Assembly (NCBI GenBank): GCA_041488375.1
Contig: JBGPPD010000004.1
Coordinates: forward strand, 1 to 40,987
Direction: 5' to 3'
From: Gammaproteobacteria bacterium
Lineage (GTDB): Bacteria; Pseudomonadota; Gammaproteobacteria; Burkholderiales; SG8-39
Length of the DNA: 40,987 nt
Shown: one piece after another, positions 26,005-34,617 of the stretch
Layout: every line of letters starts with the position of its first letter
Numbering within the stretch: position 1 is the stretch's first letter
The notes under the pieces: generated by a model
Databases searched by the model: none
Told to the model about the DNA's origin: nothing
What the model saw: only the letters and a program-made list of their open reading frames with translations
Program-made: the position numbers and the translations under genes

Positions 26005-27237
26005 GTGTACTTGCTGACAATTCACATACCAATTTACGTCGAAGAAGCCCGATACTTCGTAGCGTTCGACTGGCAGCGAGATCTGTTGCTGACTCGAGAC
26101 TGGCTGGGAAGAGCGTTCGGCGGCCTCACGCTGCTCGCACCATCCCTGCCCTTGTCCGCAGTCGACGCGGCGGTGATGCAGGTTGCGCCGATCGGGCTCG
26201 ACGACGGAATCCGTGTTGTTCCGTCGTTCGATCTACGCTGCCGGGCCCGGGAATTCTGGCGTAAACAACGCCACGAATGGTTGAGCGATGTGCGGCGCGA
26301 GCTTCGCCAAGCGAGGGTCATCCAAGCAGCGATGACGAATATCTATCGACCACTGGCGTTCATGGCACACAGAGAAGGTGTTCGAGCAGGCGTCCCCACG
26401 GTGTTTCTGGGGCCAGACATGGATGTGCACGCCAGATTCGGATCCACATTGAGGGGGCGTTTCTACTGCATGATCTACGACCAGATCATGCGCCGCGCCG
26501 GTCGGAGCGCGGACATCACGCTACTAAAAGAGGGGCTCGTGTACGAGCGGTACGCCAGCTACTGCAAGAATGCGCGGGCATTTTGCCACACCATGTACAG
26601 CGCTCGCGACGTCATCGGAGAGACGAAGCTCGAAAAGCGTTTGGAGACCCTTGGAGGAAACCGCACGCTGAGGGTCGTTTACGCGGGTCGGTTCGTCGCG
26701 AGAAAAGGTTTACGCGAGGCGATTGCCGCGATTGCCGAGGCGAGGAGACGAGGGACGACGGTGGAATACCACTTGTACGGCAGCGGACCGGAGGAGGAGT
26801 CCTTGCGGCGTCAGGCGAAGGACTTGGGTATCGAGGACCTAATTTTCTTCCACGGCTACGTTGAATATGGGCCGCAGTTTATCGCGCAGCTTGCCGAATA
26901 CGATCTACTTCTGTTTCTCCCGACAGAGGAGGACACGCCGCGAATGTTGTACGACGCGATGGCGGCGGGGCTGCCGTTGGTGGGTAGTCGAATTCCGTTT
27001 CTAGGTCATCGAGTCCGGACCGACGAAATTGGAGTGTTGTCAGATGTTGGCGACAATGCGGGCGCCGCGGAGCATCTGGTGCGCCTTGGTCGGGATCCAG
27101 AACGGCTGAAGGCGTTTGCGCGATCGGCGCGATTGGCCGCCCAACGTCATTCTATCGAGGAGTGGTATAGACGGCGTGCCGCATGGATTCAGGAGGCGGC
27201 AAATCAAGTTAGGCTGGGCCAGGGGAAGGATAAGTGA
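26005..27237 (+). CDS. Glycosyltransferase family 4
   Basis: YAGRFVARKG, YGSGPEE, EEDTPRMLYDAMAAGLP. GTG start 26005 after AGGA. Confidence 0.85.
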   Translation: MYLLTIHIPIYVEEARYFVAFDWQRDLLLTRDWLGRAFGGLTLLAPSLPLSAVDAAVMQVAPIGLDDGIRVVPSFDLRCRAREFWRKQRHEWLSDVRRELRQARVIQAAMTNIYRPLAFMAHREGVRAGVPTVFLGPDMDVHARFGSTLRGRFYCMIYDQIMRRAGRSADITLLKEGLVYERYASYCKNARAFCHTMYSARDVIGETKLEKRLETLGGNRTLRVVYAGRFVARKGLREAIAAIAEARRRGTTVEYHLYGSGPEEESLRRQAKDLGIEDLIFFHGYVEYGPQFIAQLAEYDLLLFLPTEEDTPRMLYDAMAAGLPLVGSRIPFLGHRVRTDEIGVLSDVGDNAGAAEHLVRLGRDPERLKAFARSARLAAQRHSIEEWYRRRAAWIQEAANQVRLGQGKDK

Positions 27238-27238
27238 C

Positions 27239-27991
27239 ATGAAGGCGATCCTGACCCGCGCAATGTACAAGCTGTTTGGTGAGCGCGTGGTGGCGTGGGG
27301 CGATCTTAGGGTTCGACGTCGATTGGCGCCTCTGCGTCGCGATGGGCTAGCGCTATCCGTCACGGATGCGACCCTGGCAACCCTTCGGCTACACGGGCTG
27401 CTCCCGTCGCCGCTTGTCGCGCTTGAGACATATGGAAAGTTCGGTCTGCGCAAGACTCTTGACTACATTGGACTATGTGGATCGCTCGATTTCTACGAAT
27501 TCGAGCCCGGCTTTGCGCGCGAGGCGCGGCGCTATCTTCCGCCCATCGCCAGGATTCACTGCGAGGACACGATCGTCGCGGTCAGGGAAGGACGCCTGCC
27601 GCGCAAGGATTACAACTTTGTGATGATCGACAACGGATTTGGAATCTACGGCCCGGGGTATTGCGAGCATTTCGAGCTATTCCCCCAGTTGTACGACTAC
27701 TTGGCGCCGTTTGCGGTTATCGTCGCGAATATCTTGCTCGTACACCGCGTTGTGGAAGACGATCCAGCCTACGTGGCAAGGCGCCGCTCCTTCTACTTCG
27801 CGTCATCGGATGCCGAAGCGATGGCCCCTCCGCTCGACCTAGTTGTCGAGGCCTACCGTAGGCGACTCCCTCATTCGAAGGAGATCCAAAAGGCGATGGT
27901 GATTCCTCATCCCATCGGTCCTGCACGACCCAATGAGGAGGTGTATTTCCTCGTCCTGGTCATCCGCTCGCGCCAGGGGAGTTCTGCCTGA
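27239..27991 (+). CDS. Hypothetical protein, possibly class I SAM-methyltransferase-like fold
   Basis: ATG 1 nt after the GT4 stop. ALETYGKFG, LDFYEFEP, IHCEDT and YNFVMID follow the Rossmann MTase motif order, but the match is weak. Confidence 0.6.
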   Translation: MKAILTRAMYKLFGERVVAWGDLRVRRRLAPLRRDGLALSVTDATLATLRLHGLLPSPLVALETYGKFGLRKTLDYIGLCGSLDFYEFEPGFAREARRYLPPIARIHCEDTIVAVREGRLPRKDYNFVMIDNGFGIYGPGYCEHFELFPQLYDYLAPFAVIVANILLVHRVVEDDPAYVARRRSFYFASSDAEAMAPPLDLVVEAYRRRLPHSKEIQKAMVIPHPIGPARPNEEVYFLVLVIRSRQGSSA

Positions 27992-28095
27992 CGCCGGGGC
28001 GGACGATCTGAATTCGCGATTGCATGCTTGCTATGCTATTCAAGACGAGCACATTCGCGTCGCCAACTACGTCGGGAACTGAACCTTCAAGGGAC

Positions 28096-29067
28096 ATGAA
28101 CATCAGCGCGAATGCGATTCTGGAGCGCCACAACCGCTTGCTAGCTGAACTTCAGGGTTCCAGGCGCTTGGATATCCCGATCGACGGCGCGAGGCCCCTG
28201 GTCGTCGTTGACAAGAAGATCACGACCAGCGACATACCGACCCGGACGCTGGTCGTCGACGGCGAAGGGGCCCCGCTCGCCGTCCTGTTCATATCCACGC
28301 CGGACGACGTTGCCTATGTGGCGCGCAGCCTCGACACGGCCGCCCAGGCAAAGCGCGCTCTCGGAGCGCAGCTCGGCAGCGTGATCCTGGACCCGATCGC
28401 GCAAGGCGAGACTGGCGGCTGCTCGTTCGCCATGTGGCCTTGGCACAGGACGCTTACCGCCGTCAGGGGTTTCGCCTTCGTCCAGCGGCTTCGTCTCCTG
28501 CCGCACGTACTCGCCTGGCTGCGCGACGCGACGGAACGCACTGCCGGGGAGGCGCGCGACGACGAGGTCGCCGCCAGGTTCAAAGAGCCGCTGGCCCGGA
28601 TGGCCCGCGATGGGCGCCTGCCGGCGCCTTCGCAGAGCCTGGCGCAATCCGGCCTGCAACGGCTCGAATCCGGGGCCTGGCGCCCGCGCGTCGCGCTTCA
28701 GCACAAGGATATTCTCTGGAACCTCCTGCTGCCGCGCGATCGCGCAAGCCGGGCGCAATTTCCCTGCGGCTTCATCCTGATCGACTGGGCGAGCGGCACC
28801 CTGAGGGGGTCCCCCTTCATCAACCTGCTCGAGCTGGCGAGAAATTCCCGCATGCGTGCCGGGGTCGTGCGGGCGGAACTGATGCGCCACTGCCGCATCC
28901 TGCAATGCGAGCCGCGAGATATCATGTCCTACGCACTGGCGTCGGTCGGGTTTACTCTCGCGCATCTCGGGAATTTTCCGGAGGACCAATACCGCGCCCT
29001 GTACCGGAACCATTTGCTCTATTGGCTGGACGCGGTGGGCAACGTAGCGTCGATCCAAGCTCAATGA
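28096..29067 (+). CDS. Hypothetical protein with APH/choline-kinase-like motifs
   Basis: LQHKDILWNLLL and FILIDW resemble the catalytic and metal-binding loops. Stop overlaps the next ATG. Alternative start 28024. Confidence 0.65.
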   Translation: MNISANAILERHNRLLAELQGSRRLDIPIDGARPLVVVDKKITTSDIPTRTLVVDGEGAPLAVLFISTPDDVAYVARSLDTAAQAKRALGAQLGSVILDPIAQGETGGCSFAMWPWHRTLTAVRGFAFVQRLRLLPHVLAWLRDATERTAGEARDDEVAARFKEPLARMARDGRLPAPSQSLAQSGLQRLESGAWRPRVALQHKDILWNLLLPRDRASRAQFPCGFILIDWASGTLRGSPFINLLELARNSRMRAGVVRAELMRHCRILQCEPRDIMSYALASVGFTLAHLGNFPEDQYRALYRNHLLYWLDAVGNVASIQAQ

Positions 29068-30098
29068 CGATTGCAAGAAGGCTCTGGGAGCTGCGCCGCG
29101 ATGCGGCAGGAGCCGCGGTGCACTGGTCGGGGCTCGGGCGGCTGTTCGAGATCGCCACGCAGCCAGGCGGCGCGATCATCCTCATGTATCACAGCGTCGC
29201 CCAGGGCGACGCTGCAAGGTTCATCGAGCCGGCGATGCACCTGCCGGCGAGGGTGTTCGACCGCCAGATGGCGTTCTTGAGCCGTTGCCGCCGGGTGGTG
29301 CCGCTGTCAAACCTGATCGAGACGATAGACTCCGGCGGAACGCCTCCCGCGGGAACCGTTTGCGTCACGTTCGATGACGGATATCTGGACAATCTCGCCG
29401 TCGTTGCGCCGATCCTGCAGAAGTACCGCCTGCCGGCGACGCTCTATCTCCCGACCCGCTACATCGAGCGCGGGGAGGCGCAATGGGCCGACAGGCTCCA
29501 CTGGCTACTGGAGCATCGAACGTCGGACGCATTGTCGATCCCCATCGCGGGCCTGAGCAAATCCCGTTTGGACGATGCGGCCGAGCGGGCAGCCGCGCGC
29601 AAGCTGCTGCACGTTCGCCTGCTCGAGTCCGGCTACGACGAGCGCGCGCGGATATTGATGGAGATGGAAGAGCAACTTCGACCGTCCGTACGGCTGTCCA
29701 AGCTCACGATGAACTGGGACGACGTGCGCGAGCTTTGCCGCCGCTACCCTTTCTTCGAGATCGGCGGCCACACCCGGGACCACATGGACCTGCGCAAGCA
29801 TCGCGGCGAGACGGCGCAGGCGCAGATCGATGGTTGTGCCGCGGATCTGCAGCGGGAGCTGGGCCAGCAGCCGCGGCATTTCTCGTTTCCGTATGAACGC
29901 TGGTGTGCCGAGACGCGGGACTATGTCGCGGCGCGGGGCTGGCGCTCGGCGGTCGGCGCGGGCGATGCCTATCGCATCGGAGCCGGGAGCGACCGCTTCG
30001 CCATGCCGCGGGTGGAGTCGCCGCGCTCGATGACGGAGCTGCGGTTCAAGACGAGCGGCGCCTACCCCGGCGCGCTCGCGCCGCTGGGATTGGCGTGA
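29064..30098 (+). CDS. Polysaccharide deacetylase (second copy)
   Basis: ILMYHSV, VTFDDGY, EIGGHTRDH, FSFPY. Start ATG 29064 in an ATGA overlap. Confidence 0.9.
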   Translation: MTIARRLWELRRDAAGAAVHWSGLGRLFEIATQPGGAIILMYHSVAQGDAARFIEPAMHLPARVFDRQMAFLSRCRRVVPLSNLIETIDSGGTPPAGTVCVTFDDGYLDNLAVVAPILQKYRLPATLYLPTRYIERGEAQWADRLHWLLEHRTSDALSIPIAGLSKSRLDDAAERAAARKLLHVRLLESGYDERARILMEMEEQLRPSVRLSKLTMNWDDVRELCRRYPFFEIGGHTRDHMDLRKHRGETAQAQIDGCAADLQRELGQQPRHFSFPYERWCAETRDYVAARGWRSAVGAGDAYRIGAGSDRFAMPRVESPRSMTELRFKTSGAYPGALAPLGLA

Positions 30099-31036
30099 CG
30101 GGCCGGCCCGCCGCGAAGGCAGTGACGGCGATCATTGTCACCTATGGATCGGCGCACACCATCGGCGCGGCCCTGGCGGCCGCGCGGCGCTGCCACGACC
30201 AAGGGCTGATGGACGTGGTCGTCGTCGACAACGGCAGCACGGACGGTACGCCAGCCATGCTCGAGCGCGAAGCGGGCTGGGCGCAAATAGTGCTGACCGG
30301 GAAGAACAACGGTTTCGGCAGGGGCTGCAACATCGGGCTGAAGCACGCGACGGGCCCGTACGCCGTTTTCATCAATCCGGACGCGGTGGTCGAGCCGGCG
30401 GCGATCCGCACGATGCTGGAGTTCATGCAGCAGAATCCGAGGGCGGGGATCGTTGGACCGGCGATTGTCGAGGGGACGCCGGGCGGGGAAAGGGTGCTGC
30501 AGGATACTGGCCAGCGTCCGACCGCCTGGACGATCATGCGCAACTCGATGCCTTTCGTGAAGCATCAGTCACTTTCGTGGGATATCTTGCCGGGCTCCGC
30601 ACCAGTCCGAACCGGTTGGGTGTGCGGCGCGGTCCTGATGGTCAGCACCGAACTGGTCACGCGACTGAACGGGTTCGATCCGCGCTTCTTCCTGTATTGG
30701 GAGGAAATGGACCTGTGCAAGCGCGCGGAAGACCTTGGGTTCGAAGTCTGGGCCCTCGGCGCCGCGGTCGCGCATCACGTCGGAGGTGCAAGCTCTACGC
30801 CCGACGATACCCGATTCGCCGGGTGCGTCGCGACGCACTACTTTCGGAGCCGCTACTACTACATGGTCAAGCATCATGGCAGGCTGGCCGCAACGACCGC
30901 GGAGATGGTTGAATTCGTCCTGACGGGGATGCGGGCGCTCGTCGACGTGGTCCGGGGACGAGGCCTCGGGCGCCTGCGGCCGCGGCTGCAGGCGCCCCTG
31001 CTGAGCGAGCCGCTGCGAGTCCCGGATGAGCGCTAG
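30095..31036 (+). CDS. Glycosyltransferase family 2
   Basis: IIVTY, VVDNGSTDGT, NNGFGRGCNIG, FINPD, GFDPRFFLYWEEMDLC. GTG 30095 overlaps the upstream TGA. Confidence 0.92.
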   Translation: MTGRPAAKAVTAIIVTYGSAHTIGAALAAARRCHDQGLMDVVVVDNGSTDGTPAMLEREAGWAQIVLTGKNNGFGRGCNIGLKHATGPYAVFINPDAVVEPAAIRTMLEFMQQNPRAGIVGPAIVEGTPGGERVLQDTGQRPTAWTIMRNSMPFVKHQSLSWDILPGSAPVRTGWVCGAVLMVSTELVTRLNGFDPRFFLYWEEMDLCKRAEDLGFEVWALGAAVAHHVGGASSTPDDTRFAGCVATHYFRSRYYYMVKHHGRLAATTAEMVEFVLTGMRALVDVVRGRGLGRLRPRLQAPLLSEPLRVPDER

Positions 31037-32102
31037 CTACCGACTCGTTTCGGCGAACGAGCTTGATCCGCCGCTCGTCGCGGCATGGCGCGCGATCCAA
31101 TCCGGCGACCAGGTGTTCGAGAGCCCATACTTCTGTCCCGAGTTCACGCAGGCCGTGGGTTGCGTGCGCGACGATGTGCGGGTGGTGGTGATCGAGAACG
31201 CCGGCCGCCCCGCAGGTTTCTTCCCGCATCAGAGGTCGTTTTTCGGCGTCGGCAAGCCGGTCGGCGGACCTCTCTCCGACTACCACGGGATCGTCGCGGC
31301 TTCGGGAAGCGAATGGGCGTTGAGCGAGCTGATGCGCGCCGCGAGGCTGTCGCTATGGACCTTCGACCATCTCGCAGGCGCCGATCCCCGCTTCGATCCC
31401 TACGTGACGGGCCGGGCGTCGTCGCCGCAGGCCGACTTGAGCAGTGGCTACGAGGAGTACCTGAAGGGGCGCCGCGCGGAGTCCGACCAGATCGGACAGG
31501 CGGAGCGAAAAGCCCGCAAGCTGTCGCGGGAAGTCGGCGAGCCGGCCTTCGCGCTGCATGACTCCGACCCGGACTTGCTGGACCGAGTGATCGCCTGGAA
31601 GCGCGGCCAATACCTGCGCTCGGGACTCACCGACGTGTTCGCCGCGCCGTGGAGCAGGAAGTTGCTGCGGCAGATTTCGCGGACTCAAGGCATGGATTTC
31701 GCCGGTGTCTGCTCGACGCTTCGCGTCGCCGGCCGCGTTGTCGCCGCGCATATTGGGATGCGGTCCCGGACTGTCCTGCACTATTGGTTTCCGGCCTACG
31801 ACCCGGAGTTCGCCAAGTACTCGGTAGGCGTCGTTCTTCTGCTGCAGATGGCCAAGGCGCTTGCCGCCGCGGGAGTCCGCACGATCGATTTCGGCAAGGG
31901 GGACGACAGGTACAAGCAGAGTGCAATGACTGGCGCCATCGAGCTGCGCGAAGGCGCGTTCGAATTACCCTCGCTCGCCTCCGCGGCGCGGCGTGCGCGC
32001 CGCGGGCTCGAAGGCTGGGTCCGCCGCTCGCCTCTGGCGGGAATCGCGCGCATCCCGGGGCGGTGGATTACCAGGTTGGAGCGTCGAAACCGTTTCCGCT
32101 GA
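31026..32102 (+). CDS. GNAT-fold acyltransferase, CelD/BcsL-like
   Basis: SPYFCPEF, GGPLSDYHG, RKARKLSRE, YWFPAYDPEFAKYSVG..LL, IDFGKGDDRYK. Confidence 0.88.
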   Translation: MSASYRLVSANELDPPLVAAWRAIQSGDQVFESPYFCPEFTQAVGCVRDDVRVVVIENAGRPAGFFPHQRSFFGVGKPVGGPLSDYHGIVAASGSEWALSELMRAARLSLWTFDHLAGADPRFDPYVTGRASSPQADLSSGYEEYLKGRRAESDQIGQAERKARKLSREVGEPAFALHDSDPDLLDRVIAWKRGQYLRSGLTDVFAAPWSRKLLRQISRTQGMDFAGVCSTLRVAGRVVAAHIGMRSRTVLHYWFPAYDPEFAKYSVGVVLLLQMAKALAAAGVRTIDFGKGDDRYKQSAMTGAIELREGAFELPSLASAARRARRGLEGWVRRSPLAGIARIPGRWITRLERRNRFR

Positions 32103-32119
32103 TCTGACTCGGAGCATGC

Positions 32120-32872
32120 ATGACGTTTGACGGAAAGGTCGTTGTTGTGACGGGAGCTGGCTCGGGTATCGGAAGGGGTTTCGCAATCGGTTTTGCCCGG
32201 GATGGAGCACACGTGGTCGGCATCGGCCGCAATGAGGCCGACCTAGCCCGAACAGCCGAGATGTGCGGGCCAGGCAAGATGCATTGGATCGCCGGTAGTG
32301 TGGCCGTGGAAACCGATGTGGATCGGCTTTTTTCCGAGACATTGCAGCGCTTTGGCAAGATCGACGTGCTGCTCAACAATGCCGCGTTGTACCCGAAGGC
32401 CGGCTTCCTCGAATCCACGTTTCGCGACTGGGCCCGGGTGATTGAAACCAACGTGCTGGGTATGGCTCTATGCTGTCACAAGGCGCTGCCGGGCATGCTC
32501 GAACAACGATACGGCCGTATCCTGAACATCGGCAGCTTCGCCTGGCGCCGCCCGATTCCCGCAGCCTCCGCGTATTCGGTTTCGAAGGCAGCCGTTGCAG
32601 TGCTCACCAAGGCGATCGTGGCTGAAATCGACCGCGAAAATTATCCGGACGTGCTGGTGAATACGCTGGTGCCCGGCATGTTCAAGACGCGAATGAGCCA
32701 GGATGGCGAGGATCCCATGTCAGCCTATCCGCATGCCCGTTTTGTCGCCAGCCTTCCTCCCGGTGGGCCCACGGGCGCCACTTTCAGCGGCAGCGAGTTG
32801 TGGGTCGAGCATGCCGGAGTAGGATTGCGCACCGAACTCCGCCGGTTTCTCCTCAGAATAATCGGCCGCTAG
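32120..32872 (+). CDS. SDR family oxidoreductase
   Basis: VTGAGSGIG, LLNNAA, YSVSK, NTLVPG. Confidence 0.9.
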   Translation: MTFDGKVVVVTGAGSGIGRGFAIGFARDGAHVVGIGRNEADLARTAEMCGPGKMHWIAGSVAVETDVDRLFSETLQRFGKIDVLLNNAALYPKAGFLESTFRDWARVIETNVLGMALCCHKALPGMLEQRYGRILNIGSFAWRRPIPAASAYSVSKAAVAVLTKAIVAEIDRENYPDVLVNTLVPGMFKTRMSQDGEDPMSAYPHARFVASLPPGGPTGATFSGSELWVEHAGVGLRTELRRFLLRIIGR

Positions 32873-34527
32873 GCGAGTTGGCGGTGAATTACTTCCGCGA
32901 CGCGAAGCGCGTTGGCGGCAATGGTCAGGGTCGGATTCGTGCCACCACTCGACGGGAAGAAGGAGGCATCCACAACGTAGAGATTCGAGATCTCATGGGC
33001 GCGATTGTTTCTGTCCAGAACGTTCGTCGCGGGATCGTCTCCGAACCGGCACGTTCCGCATACGTGCCCGAAGTTCAGATTGTTTTCGCCCGATAGATTG
33101 ATAGTCGCGTGCGGCTTGAGCGCTTGTGCCAGACGTCCCCGGAACGATCGGACGCGGGCCTTCAATTCCTCGGGATAGCGATACTCGAAATGCATGCCAT
33201 TCCTGGCGCCCGGGTTCGCAACGACACGGTTCTCGAAATAGGGCAGGTCCTCGACTATGGTCGCCCATACCGCCGCGTTCCTGAAATTGAACAGGTAGTA
33301 CATGACCAAAGCCGCCATCCGGATTGCGGGGCTGCTGAGCTTGCGCCACCAGATCGGCCGGGGACTTGCCACCTTCTTCCACCAGGTCGGATCCCTTTCG
33401 GCGGAATCGCGCATGAACTGCATGATTTGGCCAGGAGATACCGCAGCCCCCGCGGCCTGGAACGTGCCGAGCTTCTCCCCGTTCGACAGGTAGAAGTCGT
33501 TTACGCCGAGCGACTTGTGGGGACCCTCGATGGAAACGCGCTTGGTCGGTCTGATGGCGATGAAATCACTCGCGTGCATCATGAGATTGCGTCCGACCAT
33601 CCCGGACCGATTCGCTAGACCCGCCGGCCATTCCTCGCAACGCGAGTTCAGCAGCAAAACGGGGGTCATTAAGGCGCCTGCGGCGAGCACTATGATCTTT
33701 GCTCGCACGGAAAAATGTGTGTCGCCCCTCCTGCACAGAATCGACCTGACTGCCGAGCTGTCAGCTTCAAGCCCAACGACTTCGCATTGGGGCAGGATAC
33801 CGGCTCCATGTTGTTCCAGGGCCGGAATCAGGCAGATGCGCCTGGCATCGCTCTTGCACTGACGGGTGCATATTTGCGATGGGCATTGGTCGCAACCATC
33901 GACGAACTCGTAACCTGCGTGAACGCGGTATGGATGCAGGCCAAGGCGCTGGAACGATTCGAAAAAGTGCTGGTCCCGCTCGCTCAGCGGCGGGGGCGCC
34001 ATCAGCGATGGCGCCTGGCCCCGTCGGAGCGGGTCCGGCGTTCCCCTGACACGGAACAGTTCCTCGGCCTGCACGTAGTAGGGTTCCAACTCCTCGTAGG
34101 AAATCGGCCACCGATCCGGAAGCGTCGAGTCCGAAACGTGCGGAAAATTCGCCTTCGGCCGAAAATCCGCCGGGGACAGTCGTTCCAAGGCAGCGGCATA
34201 GAGAAGAGTCGTGCCACCGGCCCCACACCCCAACGGCGCGTAAAATTCGATATCTCCGAAACTCGTCCGCCCTTCGATGGGGACCGGCCACCACCCGTCG
34301 GACAGCCTTTCCCTGGCTTCGTCGTCGAGGCCGGCCGCCCGAGCCGAAGAACGGCCTCTTGCATCCTGCCTGCCGACCTCCAGTAGGCCTTTTTCGATGA
34401 ACAGCACGCGCCGGCCGCGCTTCGCGAGGCCGTAACCCAACGTCGCGCCCCCCATTCCGGTGCCAATGACAGCAACATCCCATTCCACGGCACTTGGATC
34501 CGCTGGAACATAGCGGCTCTCATTCAT
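32869..34527 (-). CDS. GMC-family FAD oxidoreductase
   Basis: VIGTGMGG, GAGGTT, WPISYEELEPYY, LAAGAL, VGRNLMMH, HVCGTCRFG, VDASFFPSSGGTNPTLTIAANA. Confidence 0.92.
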   Translation of the reverse strand: MNESRYVPADPSAVEWDVAVIGTGMGGATLGYGLAKRGRRVLFIEKGLLEVGRQDARGRSSARAAGLDDEARERLSDGWWPVPIEGRTSFGDIEFYAPLGCGAGGTTLLYAAALERLSPADFRPKANFPHVSDSTLPDRWPISYEELEPYYVQAEELFRVRGTPDPLRRGQAPSLMAPPPLSERDQHFFESFQRLGLHPYRVHAGYEFVDGCDQCPSQICTRQCKSDARRICLIPALEQHGAGILPQCEVVGLEADSSAVRSILCRRGDTHFSVRAKIIVLAAGALMTPVLLLNSRCEEWPAGLANRSGMVGRNLMMHASDFIAIRPTKRVSIEGPHKSLGVNDFYLSNGEKLGTFQAAGAAVSPGQIMQFMRDSAERDPTWWKKVASPRPIWWRKLSSPAIRMAALVMYYLFNFRNAAVWATIVEDLPYFENRVVANPGARNGMHFEYRYPEELKARVRSFRGRLAQALKPHATINLSGENNLNFGHVCGTCRFGDDPATNVLDRNNRAHEISNLYVVDASFFPSSGGTNPTLTIAANALRVAEVIHRQLA

Positions 34528-34617
34528 GAAGATTGGTCACTCGCAGACGTCCGCTTGCATTGAATATGTCCCAAGGCCGGGCATCGTGCGAACGCCGTGC
34601 CCGCCCACAGTTCGGGC

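Noticed and set aside
34575-34617. GC hairpin (CGGGCA..TGCCCG) downstream of carbamoyltransferase 2
   Set aside because: Short stem, large loop and no U-tract, so it is not supportable as an intrinsic terminator.
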